Numbered from the stretch's first letter, positions 10,134 to 19,915 are shown. The stretch is DNA of 64,000 nt from Candidatus Bathyarchaeota archaeon (GCA_963702095.1 OY969706.1:2112001-2176000), one strand, 5' to 3'. Notes: generated by a model from the sequence alone, not told the origin. Numbers and translations: made by a program.

Positions 10134-11050
10134 GCATCCGAGTAGTGTTCCTAGGAACAAGCGGCAGCGTGCCGACGCTTAAGCGGAGCTTGCCCTGCGT
10201 GGTTGTGCAGTGCCCCCGTGACCAATGGATGTTTGACTGCGGCGAAAACTCCCAGCGCCAGATGATGGCTTCGAAAGTAAGTTTCCACCGTAAAATGAAG
10301 GTCTTCATCACCCACCTCCACGGCGACCATGTGCTCGGTTTGCCGGGGCTGCTGCAGACGATGGCGCTTATGGAACGCAGAGAACCCGTAGAAATCTATG
10401 GCCCTGTCGGCATCAAAAACTTCCTCGTATGCACCAAAGAAACCCTGAATTTCGGCTTAAACTACCCCGTCACCATCAACGAAATCATCGCTGAAGGCAT
10501 CATCTGCGACACCGGCGAAATCCAAGTCACCGCGTTTCGCTCTAGCCACGCCGTGGAAAGCTACGCCTACGCGTTTGAAGAGAAGCCTCGTCCAGGCAAG
10601 TTTTACCCTAAAAAAGCGCAGGCGCTGGGCCTCCCAGTGGGGGAGTTGTGGTCTGAGTTGCAGAGTGGCCAAGAAGTCACCGCGTCAAACGGCAAAACTG
10701 TTAAGCCCAGTGACGTGATGGGTCCTATGCGGCGGGGCAGAAAAATCGTTTACACAGGCGACACCAAACCGTTTAGCGGCTTTGCCAAGTATGCGGAGGG
10801 CGCTGATTTGGTGATTCACGACTGCACTTTTGACGATTCTTTGAAGGAAAAAGCGGAAACGGACGGGCACTCGACACCCAGCCAAGCCGCAGCCCAAGCC
10901 AAAGCCGCAGACGCAAAACGCCTTGTCCTTAGCCACATAAGCGCACGCTACCCAGACGCCTCATCCCTGCTAGAGCAAGCCAAAAAAATCTTCCCCAACA
11001 CCATCTTAGCCGAAGACTACTTGGAGCTTGAGTTGCCCCTAAACGAGTAG
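10130..11050 (+). CDS. rnz: Ribonuclease Z
   Basis: FLGTSGSVPT, FDCGE, THLHGDH, YTGDT, GHST, SHISARY. Confidence 0.95.
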   Translation: MSIRVVFLGTSGSVPTLKRSLPCVVVQCPRDQWMFDCGENSQRQMMASKVSFHRKMKVFITHLHGDHVLGLPGLLQTMALMERREPVEIYGPVGIKNFLVCTKETLNFGLNYPVTINEIIAEGIICDTGEIQVTAFRSSHAVESYAYAFEEKPRPGKFYPKKAQALGLPVGELWSELQSGQEVTASNGKTVKPSDVMGPMRRGRKIVYTGDTKPFSGFAKYAEGADLVIHDCTFDDSLKEKAETDGHSTPSQAAAQAKAADAKRLVLSHISARYPDASSLLEQAKKIFPNTILAEDYLELELPLNE

Positions 11051-11821
11051 ACGCTTAAGCTCGGCGATGCTTTGGGGCACGTCTCGGATGGATTCGACGA
11101 GGACGGTTTTGTCGTAGCCAATTCGCTTGAGGTTGGCGATGACGTCTTGGTAGTTGATGTTGCCATCTGCGACGCCGTTGTGTTCGTCGTGTTCGCCGTG
11201 GTTGTTGCTGGCGTGGATATGCACGATTTTGTCGGCTAACTGGTCAAAGAAAAGCTGAATTTGCCCCTCTAAATTGGCGTGTCCAAGGTCAAGGGTGATG
11301 CCGATGGGCAAACCCGTTTCTTTGTAGAACCGCTGAAACTCCGCTGGAGAATTCATCAGAAACCCGTATTTGGCAGGCAAATTCTCCAACCCCATGTTCA
11401 AACCGTACTCCTCTGCCACAGCATAGAGTTCTTTGATGCTTTCGCAGCCCTGCTTAAAGAGCGCGTCAGGGTAGAACTGGCTTATCCCCGTGATTTGGGC
11501 GGGGTGGAACACCCACATTTTAGCGTCGAGTTCATGGGCGTTGGCGAGGGATTGTTTGAGGCGTTTTATCCCGGCGGCGAGCATGGGTTTGGCGGGGGAT
11601 CCGATGTTTATGTCTGCGAAGGGGGCGTGGAGGGAGTAGGTTAAGCCGTAGCTTTTGGCTGCTTCGCGAAGTTGTTGGATGCGGGTTTTGTTTAGGTCGT
11701 GGGTGCCGTCGTCAACGATTTCTATGTATTTGGCTTCCATGTTGCCGAGGCGCTTAACCATGCGGTTGAAGGGTTCGCCTAAGCAGTAGAGCATTGAAAC
11801 GCCGACTTTGGGTTTAGACAT
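11039..11821 (-). CDS. Sugar phosphate isomerase/epimerase (AP endonuclease 2 TIM barrel)
   Basis: LHAPFADINIGS, GLENLP, LDLGHAN, HIHASNN.G..DEH. Confidence 0.8.
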   Translation of the reverse strand: MSKPKVGVSMLYCLGEPFNRMVKRLGNMEAKYIEIVDDGTHDLNKTRIQQLREAAKSYGLTYSLHAPFADINIGSPAKPMLAAGIKRLKQSLANAHELDAKMWVFHPAQITGISQFYPDALFKQGCESIKELYAVAEEYGLNMGLENLPAKYGFLMNSPAEFQRFYKETGLPIGITLDLGHANLEGQIQLFFDQLADKIVHIHASNNHGEHDEHNGVADGNINYQDVIANLKRIGYDKTVLVESIRDVPQSIAELKRLLV

Positions 11822-11901
11822 AAAGTTTCCTCTGTAACTGGGTGTTTCTGGTTAAAAGCCAAAACCGCCTAAAGAACTTACCCAAAAACAACGTGGAAAA
11901 A

Positions 11902-12417
11902 TTATGGGAACAGATGTCTTCCCCATTGGTTTGGCTCAGAGGAAACCGGTCGGGTGGTCTTGTACTGGTTTTCTCTTTGTCCCAGCGCCAACTCTGTAAA
12001 CTCCTTAACTGTCGTATTACGGAACTCCCAAGTCGGCGTGCCAAACCGCAAGCCATTACACATTGTATCAGCATAGACGTAGAGAGTGTGCCCCATGTAC
12101 GGGTATTCAGCCTGTTTTGCTTCGCCGTATTTGGGTTCCGCCAATACCTTGAAAGGCCAGATTTTGCATGCGTTGGGCTTCATGCCTTGCAAGCCGCAGA
12201 AGTAGTTGTGGTTTTTGCTACAGAGAAAAGCGCAACTGCCGTCGCTGCATCGTTTGATATAGAATTTATCCAGTGCCGCCACAGTGGTTTGGCCGCCGAA
12301 GGTTTTGGTGAGGTTTAGCCATTCATGGAAACCTAAGACGACGCCGTAGAGTTTACAGCAATACCCGCAGCCTCTGCATCGCCAATCCGCAACGGTTTGC
12401 CATGGAACAAACTGCAT
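11902..12417 (-). CDS. YkgJ/FliB-like cysteine-cluster protein
   Basis: CRGCGYCC...CAFL...C...KPNACKIWPF. Confidence 0.8.
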   Translation of the reverse strand: MQFVPWQTVADWRCRGCGYCCKLYGVVLGFHEWLNLTKTFGGQTTVAALDKFYIKRCSDGSCAFLCSKNHNYFCGLQGMKPNACKIWPFKVLAEPKYGEAKQAEYPYMGHTLYVYADTMCNGLRFGTPTWEFRNTTVKEFTELALGQRENQYKTTRPVSSEPNQWGRHLFP

Positions 12418-12477
12418 CCTAAGCTACACTCAGAGGCAAAGAGGAGAGGCAACACCTAAAAAATCTTTTGAGCCAAC

Positions 12478-12954
12478 TCAGGGTTTACGATAGAGGTAAA
12501 TCGTGTGCGACGGGTAGCCCAACTGGGGGTTTTCGCAGAAGGTCTCTATTTTTTCTGGGCGCCAACCGACCACTTCGTAGTCGTGGGAGACGACGCGGGC
12601 GCCTTTTCTGAGGTCGCGTTCCAGTTTAGGCTTGATTTTCTCGTTTGCACTGGTGGTTAAGTACAGGTAAACCACGTCGGCGGAGGTCAAGTTCACGTTG
12701 AACATGTCGTCGTTTATGATGGTAACGCGGTTTTCTAAGCCGCTTTCATGAATAGTGCTCAACGCCTTCTTCGCCAAGTCCTCTCGAAGTTCTATACCGA
12801 CGCCTCTGGCGCCAAAGGTCCGCGCCGCCATAATCACCGTTCGACCATCACCGGCACCCATGTCAAAAAGCACTTCGCCCGATTTCAAATCAGCCAACTT
12901 CAGCATGTACTCTACTACACTGTTTGGACTTGGAACAAAAGGCGCAATAAACAT
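12478..12954 (-). CDS. Protein-lysine methyltransferase, aKMT/FAM173-like
   Basis: APFVPSP..VV..ML, DMGAGDGR, ADVVYLYL, N.KIKPKLE.DL.KG.RVVSHDYE..GW.P, H.IYLY, matching the Sulfolobus aKMT pattern. Confidence 0.8.
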   Translation of the reverse strand: MFIAPFVPSPNSVVEYMLKLADLKSGEVLFDMGAGDGRTVIMAARTFGARGVGIELREDLAKKALSTIHESGLENRVTIINDDMFNVNLTSADVVYLYLTTSANEKIKPKLERDLRKGARVVSHDYEVVGWRPEKIETFCENPQLGYPSHTIYLYRKP

Positions 12955-12987
12955 ACATAAACCTCTAAAAGCTAACGTTTGCCAATG

Positions 12988-13314
12988 TTATGCGACATAC
13001 GCGTCCTTTTTAGACTGCGGTCTTCTAGCTTCGCCGCATTTCACGCAACTTTGCGCACATAAGTCAAGGTATTTCTCTTCGTCTCCGGAGCCTATGGCGA
13101 CTGCGGCTTTGCTGCATAATTCGCTGGGTTCGCTGCAGCCTTCCTCTTTGCACAGTTTTGAGATGTGTTCGCATATTTCCTGTACGTCGTTGGGTTCAAG
13201 TACTGCACGGTTTGTGCGCACAAGTAAACAGAGTTCCCGCGCCATAACACAGGTTCTAACGAATTTGATTCGCTCCAAAACTTCGTTGCGTAGGTTTTTT
13301 CGGCTTATTTCCAA
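12988..13314 (-). CDS. Hypothetical cysteine-rich helical protein
   Basis: 108-aa ORF, first gene of a tight minus-strand run; multiple Cys. Confidence 0.65.
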   Translation of the reverse strand: MEISRKNLRNEVLERIKFVRTCVMARELCLLVRTNRAVLEPNDVQEICEHISKLCKEEGCSEPSELCSKAAVAIGSGDEEKYLDLCAQSCVKCGEARRPQSKKDAYVA

Positions 13315-13441
13315 CTTTTAATCTCCTATGGCACAACAAGCGCAAACAACAGAAATAGACGATTCTACACTTAAAAAGGTGATGTATTCTAAATATCGCA
13401 AAAGACTAAATAAGTAAAGAGCAATTTTTTAAAAAGAGATA

Positions 13442-14392
13442 GTGTTCGCCCCGAACAAGAAAAAAATCCTCATAACAGTAATAATAATAGCTTTAGCCCT
13501 AAACACATTCACTTTCATCACAGCGTACCCTCAAACCTTAAAGCCCTTGTCCTCATCGTTTGCAGCGGATTTCTCAGCCTACTACATCGGCGAATGGCGA
13601 TTCTTCCATAACCCCACCCAAATCTACGAAGCCGGCAGCTATCTGCCAGGCGACTACGTTATTGAACCAAGCCCTCAAAGCTTCATGTACACACCGTCTT
13701 TTCTGCTCTTCTTCGCACCCTTCCTCGCCCTAAACTACCAAAACGCACTCAACGCCTTTGATATTCTGCAGTTCTTTTCGGTCTTCGCTTTAGCCCTCTT
13801 CATCTACAAAATCGTCAAAGGCAAAAACCTTATTCTGGGTTGTGTGGCGACGGTGGTGGTTTTGCTTCTGCCCATACCCTACTCGATCAGTTTGGACCCT
13901 GCAGCTTTTTTCCAAGGTTACTATTGGGGCTATGCCTTGGCAAACGCGCATATAATCCAAGCATCACTTGCCGTGGGAGCATTGTATTTTGGCTTCACAA
14001 AAAGACCTTGGGCCTCCGCGTTTCTGCTTGCAGTTGCTTCCTTTGACCCCCGTGTTACGCTGGTCGCCCTGCCCTTGATGGTATGGTATAACAGGCAGAA
14101 ACTACTCAAGTTTGCATTGGGGTTTGTCGGGTTCATTGCCCTGTTGAACTTGCCCTTTTTCTTCTATTATGACGTAGGTTTCACTTTTCTGCAGAAAAGA
14201 GCATTAGGCCACATTGCAGTTCAGATGTACGCGTATGATTGGGTTCCAATATGCACCGTTTTAGCATTAACCATTGTTGAAGCAGTCACCGTTATCTCGG
14301 CAAAGAAGTGGTTCAATTTCCCAAAATTGCAGCGTCCAATGCGAGTTCACAACAAGGAGGTTGCGAATAATCAGCAAACCCCTCTCCTCTAA
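13442..14392 (+). CDS. GT87/DUF2029-like membrane glycosyltransferase
   Basis: ADFSAYY...FMYTPSFLLFFAPF; multiple TM helices. Confidence 0.65.
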   Translation: MFAPNKKKILITVIIIALALNTFTFITAYPQTLKPLSSSFAADFSAYYIGEWRFFHNPTQIYEAGSYLPGDYVIEPSPQSFMYTPSFLLFFAPFLALNYQNALNAFDILQFFSVFALALFIYKIVKGKNLILGCVATVVVLLLPIPYSISLDPAAFFQGYYWGYALANAHIIQASLAVGALYFGFTKRPWASAFLLAVASFDPRVTLVALPLMVWYNRQKLLKFALGFVGFIALLNLPFFFYYDVGFTFLQKRALGHIAVQMYAYDWVPICTVLALTIVEAVTVISAKKWFNFPKLQRPMRVHNKEVANNQQTPLL

Positions 14393-14408
14393 CAGCGGAT
14401 TGCATTGT

Positions 14409-14554
14409 TCTGCTTGTAGTTTGTTCCACAATCAGCCAGCAACCCATTGCCAAGGCAGAACACAAAACGCAGCCGCCTGCTAAGCCCATAGGAAGAAGAT
14501 GAGCAAGGGGGCATTGCCTTCTTCTTAAACTAGTAAAAACTTGATCTACCGATA
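14409..14554 (-). repeat. Family A element, copy 2
   Basis: High similarity to 25219-25376 (CCACAA.CAGCCAGCAACCC...GCAGAACACAAAAC...GCTAAGCCCA.AGGAAGAAGATGAG...TCTACCGATA). Confidence 0.9.
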
Positions 14555-14566
14555 AGCCGAGAGGAC

Positions 14567-15988
14567 CTAAGTTTTCTCTTTATGCCATCTTATGCCTTGT
14601 GCGGTGTCTTCTAGCACGATGCCCATGGCTTTTAGTTGCGCACGTATGGCGTCGGCTTCTTTCCAGTTTTTGGCTTTGCGGGCTTCCTCACGCTTCTGCA
14701 CCAACTCATCGATATCTTGGGGCAGGGCTTCTTCCACTTCAACTTTGCCGATGACGCCTAAAACCTCGTCAAGCCGCATCATTAAACCGCCTACATCCGC
14801 CGCCTCATTTTTGCCGACCAAGTTGACGTCAAGCAACGCGTTCATTTCACGGACAAAGTCGAACAGCGAGGAGAGGGCAATGCCAATGTTGAGGTCATCA
14901 TCCATGGAGCCGCCGAAGCAAGCTTCCAACTTTGCGGTTAAAGTGGCAACTTTTCCCGTGGCAGTTCCCTCTGCCTCATGGAGGCGCCTCACAAAATTCC
15001 GAAGCCTATCCACCGCCGCTTTCGCTGCGTCCAGTCCTTCGAAAGTGAAGTTGAATTGCTGCCGATAATGCGTCGACATTAACAGGTAACGTATGGCGAT
15101 TGGGTTATAGCCTTTGGCTAAGAGGTCGCGGAGCGTGTAAAAGTTGCCGAAGCGTTTGCTCATTTTTTTGCCTTCAACTTGGAGGTGCTCGTTATGCATC
15201 CAGTAATGCACAAAGGGTTTGCCTGTGGCGGCTTCGGATTGGGCTATTTCGTTTTCATGGTGGGGAAACATGTTGTCGACTCCGCCGCAGTGGACGTCAA
15301 AGGTTTCGCCCAGAAACTTCATACTCATCGCAGAGCATTCAATGTGCCAGCCAGGGCGACCCTTGCCCAGTTCAGTCTCCCAAAACACGTCGCCGTCTTC
15401 CGGGCACCACGCCTTCCAAAGTGCGAAGTCTTGGGCTTCTTCTTTGGCGTATTCATCTTGGCTGACACGTGCACCGGCTTTAAGTTCGCCGACTTTTAAG
15501 TGGGAGAGTTTGCCGTAATCAGGGAATTTGGCGACTGAGAAGTAGATGGAGCCGTCTTCGCCTTTGTAGGCGACGCCTTTTGCTATTAAAGTCTGGATTA
15601 TGTTAACCATTTCGGGGATGTGGTCGGTGGCTTTGGGGTAAACGTCGGCGGGTTCGATATTGAGGGTTTTGATGTCTTCGAAGAAAGCTTTAATGTAGAA
15701 GTCGGTGAATTCTCGGAGGGGGATACCTTGTTTTTGGCTGCCTTTGATGGTTTTGTCATCGATGTCGGTTAAGTTCATCACATGGGTAACTTGGTAGCCG
15801 CTGAATTTGAGCCAACGCTTCAAGAGGTCTTCAAAGAGGAAGGCGCGGAAGTTGCCGATGTGGGCGTAATCGTAGACTGTGGGGCCGCAAGTGTACATGC
15901 CGACTTTGCCAGGTACAATGGGAGTGAATTCCTCTTTTTTGCGGCTCAAAGTGTTAAAAATGCAGATGGACTGTTGCTTGGTGGTCAA
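14567..15988 (-). CDS. cysS: Cysteinyl-tRNA synthetase
   Basis: YTCGPTVYD, HIGN, GRPGWHIECSAM, KMSKR. Confidence 0.97.
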   Translation of the reverse strand: MTTKQQSICIFNTLSRKKEEFTPIVPGKVGMYTCGPTVYDYAHIGNFRAFLFEDLLKRWLKFSGYQVTHVMNLTDIDDKTIKGSQKQGIPLREFTDFYIKAFFEDIKTLNIEPADVYPKATDHIPEMVNIIQTLIAKGVAYKGEDGSIYFSVAKFPDYGKLSHLKVGELKAGARVSQDEYAKEEAQDFALWKAWCPEDGDVFWETELGKGRPGWHIECSAMSMKFLGETFDVHCGGVDNMFPHHENEIAQSEAATGKPFVHYWMHNEHLQVEGKKMSKRFGNFYTLRDLLAKGYNPIAIRYLLMSTHYRQQFNFTFEGLDAAKAAVDRLRNFVRRLHEAEGTATGKVATLTAKLEACFGGSMDDDLNIGIALSSLFDFVREMNALLDVNLVGKNEAADVGGLMMRLDEVLGVIGKVEVEEALPQDIDELVQKREEARKAKNWKEADAIRAQLKAMGIVLEDTAQGIRWHKEKT

Positions 15989-16058
15989 GTTCTCAGCTCG
16001 AATAAGGAAGGTTAGAGACCGAAATTATTTAAGGATTAACCAGGCAGTAGGCAACTGA

Positions 16059-16250
16059 TTAGCACGGGTTCTTCAGGCGACTTTTTTCCCGCGGTGTCAG
16101 CGTTGCCCAATAGAGGTCTATGGCTTCTCGGATGTTATCCAGCACTTCGGGTAATGTGTCGCCTTGTGTGTGGCATCCCTGCAGGGAAGGCACGATAGTT
16201 ACGTAACCGCTCGTTTCATCCTCCAAAAGAACAATATCAAAATCCTGCAA
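16059..16250 (-). CDS. hicB: Orphan HicB-family antitoxin
   Basis: GYVTIVPSLQGCHTQGDTLPEVLDNIREAIDLY. Confidence 0.78.
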   Translation of the reverse strand: MQDFDIVLLEDETSGYVTIVPSLQGCHTQGDTLPEVLDNIREAIDLYWATLTPREKSRLKNPC

Positions 16251-16593
16251 ATCAATTCGCTAACACGGTAGCGGAGAGCAATAAAAGCCTCAACTATCCA
16301 CGCGTCAAGTTGCACAGAGGTCGGCTGCAAACGCCCGGCAAAAACAAGCCGTATCCCACACATCCCTTTTGCAAAAGCCGCCAACTCAAGAACGCAGCCT
16401 ACTGCTAACCAGAGGACTATGCAAGCGTACAGCCTATATCAGTAGATCAAAATAGTTGTTTGTTTGGGGTTGGTGGCGGTGTGTCTGTTTGTTTTGCCAT
16501 GCTGGTGCCCCGACCTGCATTGCGCTGTTCTTTGTCTCGCTAAGAAAGTAGTCGATACATGTTTTCACACACACATCCAGTCCACCTCTGCAG

Positions 16594-16745
16594 GGAACCA
16601 TGTAGGGCGTGTGGAAGAAATGCATATCCCACACTGAAACAGACGCCTAAAAACAATGCAAACCAAAAAAGCAGCCGCCTCAAGCATTCTTGTGGCACCC
16701 CGTAACCGCCACACCCACATAAAGAATGAACAAACAACCAGCAAA
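16594..16745 (-). repeat. Family B element, copy 1 (152 bp; exact inverted copy of 19585-19736)
   Basis: Base-by-base reverse-complement identity checked by eye. Confidence 0.95.
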
Positions 16746-16799
16746 ATCCTCGGTGACCGAGTACTGTGAAGCTCGTTCACGCTGGCATATTCAGTGGCA

Positions 16800-18203
16800 T
16801 CAAATAGCAACATAACCCAATTCGCCGCTGTCTTCCTGTGGCAGAACTTTGCCTTTGAGGTAGGTTTGGGAAGCCTCAGTCACTTCAACCCGCAAGTTTT
16901 TGCCAAGCAGGTCCTCGCCGCTTTTAACGGCGACTGGTTTGTAGGCGAAGTTGCGTCCCACCCATGAACCCTCCACTTTACCCCGCTCATCAAACAGCAC
17001 CAACCCGCTCCAGCCGACCCAACGCAGGTTACGCTTAGCCGACAACTCACTAGCCAACTGAGCCGCCAACGTGCTTCGCCGCTTAATCTCTTCCCTATCC
17101 ACCAAACCCTCATGGAGGTCCCAAGCGGGTGTTTTGGGGCGCGCAAAAAACTTGGAGACGTTGGTTATGTCTGGCTGGATTTCTCTTAGCAGCTTGAGCG
17201 TGTTTTGGAAGGCTTCCTCTGTTTCACATGGGTAACCCACAATCACATCGGTTGCCAAAGTTAAATCGGGGAAAACCTCGCGGAAAGCGTCCACTACCTC
17301 CCTAAACTGCTCGACGGTGTAGAACCTACGCATCCCTTTAAGCACCGAATCATCACCGCTTTGCACCGGCAAATGCAGGAACTTGAAGATTTTCTGCGAC
17401 TCAAAAGCACACAAGAGCCGCTCCTCAATGTTGGCAACCAAGTTGGGAGTCATCATGCCCACTCGGACACGGAAATCACCCTTTAAACTGTCCAGTGCCA
17501 ACAGCAAGTCGGCAAGACTGGACTTGATGTCTCTGCCATAGCTTGCGGTGTCCTGTGAGGTAACCCAGAACTCCCTTGCCCCCGCCGCATAGTCGGCTTC
17601 CACACGCGCCACTATGTCTTTGATTGGGTAACTGCGGAGTTTGCCTCTTGCTTGGACAACGCAGCAGTAGGCGCAGCTGCCTAGGCAACCGTAGTTTATG
17701 GGAACTATGCTTACGGCTGGGTTGCTTCTTAGGTGCGGTAGACTCAACGGCGGCAGTGACTTCTCCTTAGAGGCAGCTAAATCAACCACTTTTTCCCCAG
17801 CCAAAACCCGCCGCACAACATCAACGATTGCTAGGCCTACCGCTGGGCCCACAGCGCCGTCAAAGCGGACTTCACGTTGGAGCCTTTCGTAACAAATTTT
17901 GGGGAGACAGCCTGAGACCACGATTTTTTTGCCTGTTGGCACCGTTTTTATGTCGTTGATTATGCGGTTCTCAGTTGGCCCTTTCACTGCGCAGGTGTTG
18001 TAGATGATTAGGTCTGCTGTGGCTTCGTTGTTTGTGAGGGTGTAGCCTGCTTGTTTTAGGCATCCTGCGAGGGTTTCTCCGTCTGCGGTGTTGCCTGAGC
18101 AGCCGTAGTTTTTTATGTGGATGTTTTGGGGCATGTTTGTCTGTTTTGTTAGTTGCTGTGTCTTGGCATAAAAACGTGTTCCCTGCATCTGCATATTTGA
18201 CAT
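16800..18203 (-). CDS. mtaB: tRNA methylthiotransferase, MiaB/MtaB family (likely start 18134)
   Basis: YGCSGN, NTCAVK, GCLP, radical SAM CLGSCAYC, HLPVQSG, C-terminal TRAM; archaeal t6A37 type inferred. Confidence 0.88.
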   Translation of the reverse strand: MSNMQMQGTRFYAKTQQLTKQTNMPQNIHIKNYGCSGNTADGETLAGCLKQAGYTLTNNEATADLIIYNTCAVKGPTENRIINDIKTVPTGKKIVVSGCLPKICYERLQREVRFDGAVGPAVGLAIVDVVRRVLAGEKVVDLAASKEKSLPPLSLPHLRSNPAVSIVPINYGCLGSCAYCCVVQARGKLRSYPIKDIVARVEADYAAGAREFWVTSQDTASYGRDIKSSLADLLLALDSLKGDFRVRVGMMTPNLVANIEERLLCAFESQKIFKFLHLPVQSGDDSVLKGMRRFYTVEQFREVVDAFREVFPDLTLATDVIVGYPCETEEAFQNTLKLLREIQPDITNVSKFFARPKTPAWDLHEGLVDREEIKRRSTLAAQLASELSAKRNLRWVGWSGLVLFDERGKVEGSWVGRNFAYKPVAVKSGEDLLGKNLRVEVTEASQTYLKGKVLPQEDSGELGYVAI

Positions 18204-18342
18204 TTCCCTGCTCCAAACATGTTTGCGCTTTTATATATGCTGGAACCAACATATTATGTGCATATATGTAGCATGATATGTAGGAGTATAAGTGTCGAGT
18301 AGCGTTGTATAGTTGTAAAAGCAGTAGGGGAGACTAACCAAC

Positions 18343-18498
18343 TTGAAACTAATCACTCTGTATCTACCTGAAACGTATATAAAAGCTTTGGACCAGTTAG
18401 TGGACGAACGGTTCTATCCCAACCGGGCTGAAGCTATCCGAGTTGCCATACGCGACCTCATCAGCGCAGAAGTTTGGAGGAGAAAAGGCGTTGACTAA
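18343..18498 (+). CDS. Ribbon-helix-helix regulator, CdrS/aCcr1-like (51 aa; not in ORF track)
   Basis: MKLITLYLPETYIKALDQLVDERFYPNRAEAIRVAIRDLISAEVWRRKGVD; GGGGAG upstream. Confidence 0.85.
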   Translation: MKLITLYLPETYIKALDQLVDERFYPNRAEAIRVAIRDLISAEVWRRKGVD

Positions 18499-18757
18499 AC
18501 ACTTACATGACGAACTCAAATGCCACGTCTCCGTTGAAGACGCCAAAGTGCTGCCGCAACTCATCGACAACACTTCCTTGGTTATCGGTGCTCCCGTCAT
18601 TAAAGTTAAAGATAAAAGGATGGTTAAGGCAAAAATGACCCCTAAAAAAACCAAACTTGACCGAGCCACAAGCAGCCTCTATGACCTCGAAGACAGCCAC
18701 GGCCCTGAAAAAACACTCAACATCGACTTGGGACTCTACCAAATGGAAGACTTCTAA
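18491..18757 (+). CDS. Hypothetical protein overlapping the RHH gene end
   Basis: TTG start overlapping the RHH stop, GGAGG upstream; 88 aa. Confidence 0.6.
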   Translation: MTKHLHDELKCHVSVEDAKVLPQLIDNTSLVIGAPVIKVKDKRMVKAKMTPKKTKLDRATSSLYDLEDSHGPEKTLNIDLGLYQMEDF

Positions 18758-18827
18758 GCCTTCCACCCCAACAGTTTTTGTTAAGTTTAGAAAAGCACTT
18801 ATTTTCCAGGTAACTGATAAGTTTGTT

Positions 18828-19538
18828 ATGAGTCCTCTCCTTGAGCAGGTCAGAGCAGAACTTGCCGCCAACACCGACCCGCAAACAAAAATGGGCGCCC
18901 AGCGTTATTTCAAGGAACCCATCAAAGTGTATGGCGTCAAAACCCCCTTGGTTGGGAAAATCGCCAAGAAGTATTTGCCTCAAACCAAAAAGTTAAGCAA
19001 AGAGGCGCTTTTGGGTTTATGTGAGGAGCTGCTTAGCTCAGATTACATGGAGGAAGCCTTCGTCGCCGCCGAGTGGCTGCCACATTACATAGACAAACTC
19101 CAAGCCAGTGACATACACACCTTCAAACGCTGGACAGAATCCTACATGGACAACTGGGCAAAATGCGACAGCTTCTGCAACCACACAGTGGGCGACCTCA
19201 TACAGAAGTGCCCCGAAGTCGCGGTGGAAGTGAAGAGTTGGGCGAAGAGTAGCAACCGATGGCTCAGGCGGGCTTCGGCGGTTTCGTTTATTGTGCCTGC
19301 GAAACGGGGCATGTTTTTAGAGATTTCGTTTGAAATCTGTGATGTGCTCCTGCTGGACGGCGACGATTTGGTGCAGAAGGGTTACGGTTGGCTGCTAAAA
19401 GAGGAAAGCCGAGTCCACCAAAAAGAGGTTTTCGACTATGTGGTCAAGCACCGCAAAGAGATGCCCAGAACAGCATTACGCTATGCAGTTGAGTTGATGC
19501 CCAAAGAATTCAAAGCGGAAGCAATGAAAAAAGACTAG
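18828..19538 (+). CDS. DNA alkylation repair protein (AlkD-like)
   Basis: YGVKTP, DNWAKCD, W.RRAS.V, DDLVQKGYGWLLKE, RTALRYAVE. Confidence 0.88.
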   Translation: MSPLLEQVRAELAANTDPQTKMGAQRYFKEPIKVYGVKTPLVGKIAKKYLPQTKKLSKEALLGLCEELLSSDYMEEAFVAAEWLPHYIDKLQASDIHTFKRWTESYMDNWAKCDSFCNHTVGDLIQKCPEVAVEVKSWAKSSNRWLRRASAVSFIVPAKRGMFLEISFEICDVLLLDGDDLVQKGYGWLLKEESRVHQKEVFDYVVKHRKEMPRTALRYAVELMPKEFKAEAMKKD

Positions 19539-19584
19539 CTGCGATGCCTCCTCTTTCCCCTCATCTCTCAGTAATCAAAAGTTG

Positions 19585-19736
19585 TTTGCTGGTTGTTTGT
19601 TCATTCTTTATGTGGGTGTGGCGGTTACGGGGTGCCACAAGAATGCTTGAGGCGGCTGCTTTTTTGGTTTGCATTGTTTTTAGGCGTCTGTTTCAGTGTG
19701 GGATATGCATTTCTTCCACACGCCCTACATGGTTCC
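19585..19736 (+). repeat. Family B element, copy 2
   Basis: Exact inverted match to 16594-16745. Confidence 0.95.
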
Positions 19737-19915
19737 ATGTTGAAACCGTCAGGGTGTGGATGTGAAACAATATGGGAACCTCAAAAGCCCAAGCGGTCTC
19801 TACCAACTGGGGCAGCAATCCTTTAACGCTTGTTTTTTTCCGGGTAGACAACCCCCGACAATTTTAAATAAGGATAAAGGGTAAAGTTTTATGTCGATTT
19901 TTGGAGCCCGAGCCA

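Noticed and set aside
16540-19826. Duplicated small ORFs (16540-16737, 16565-16813, 19544-19765, 19593-19826)
   Set aside because: They are translations of the family B repeat in multiple frames, with no protein-like signal.
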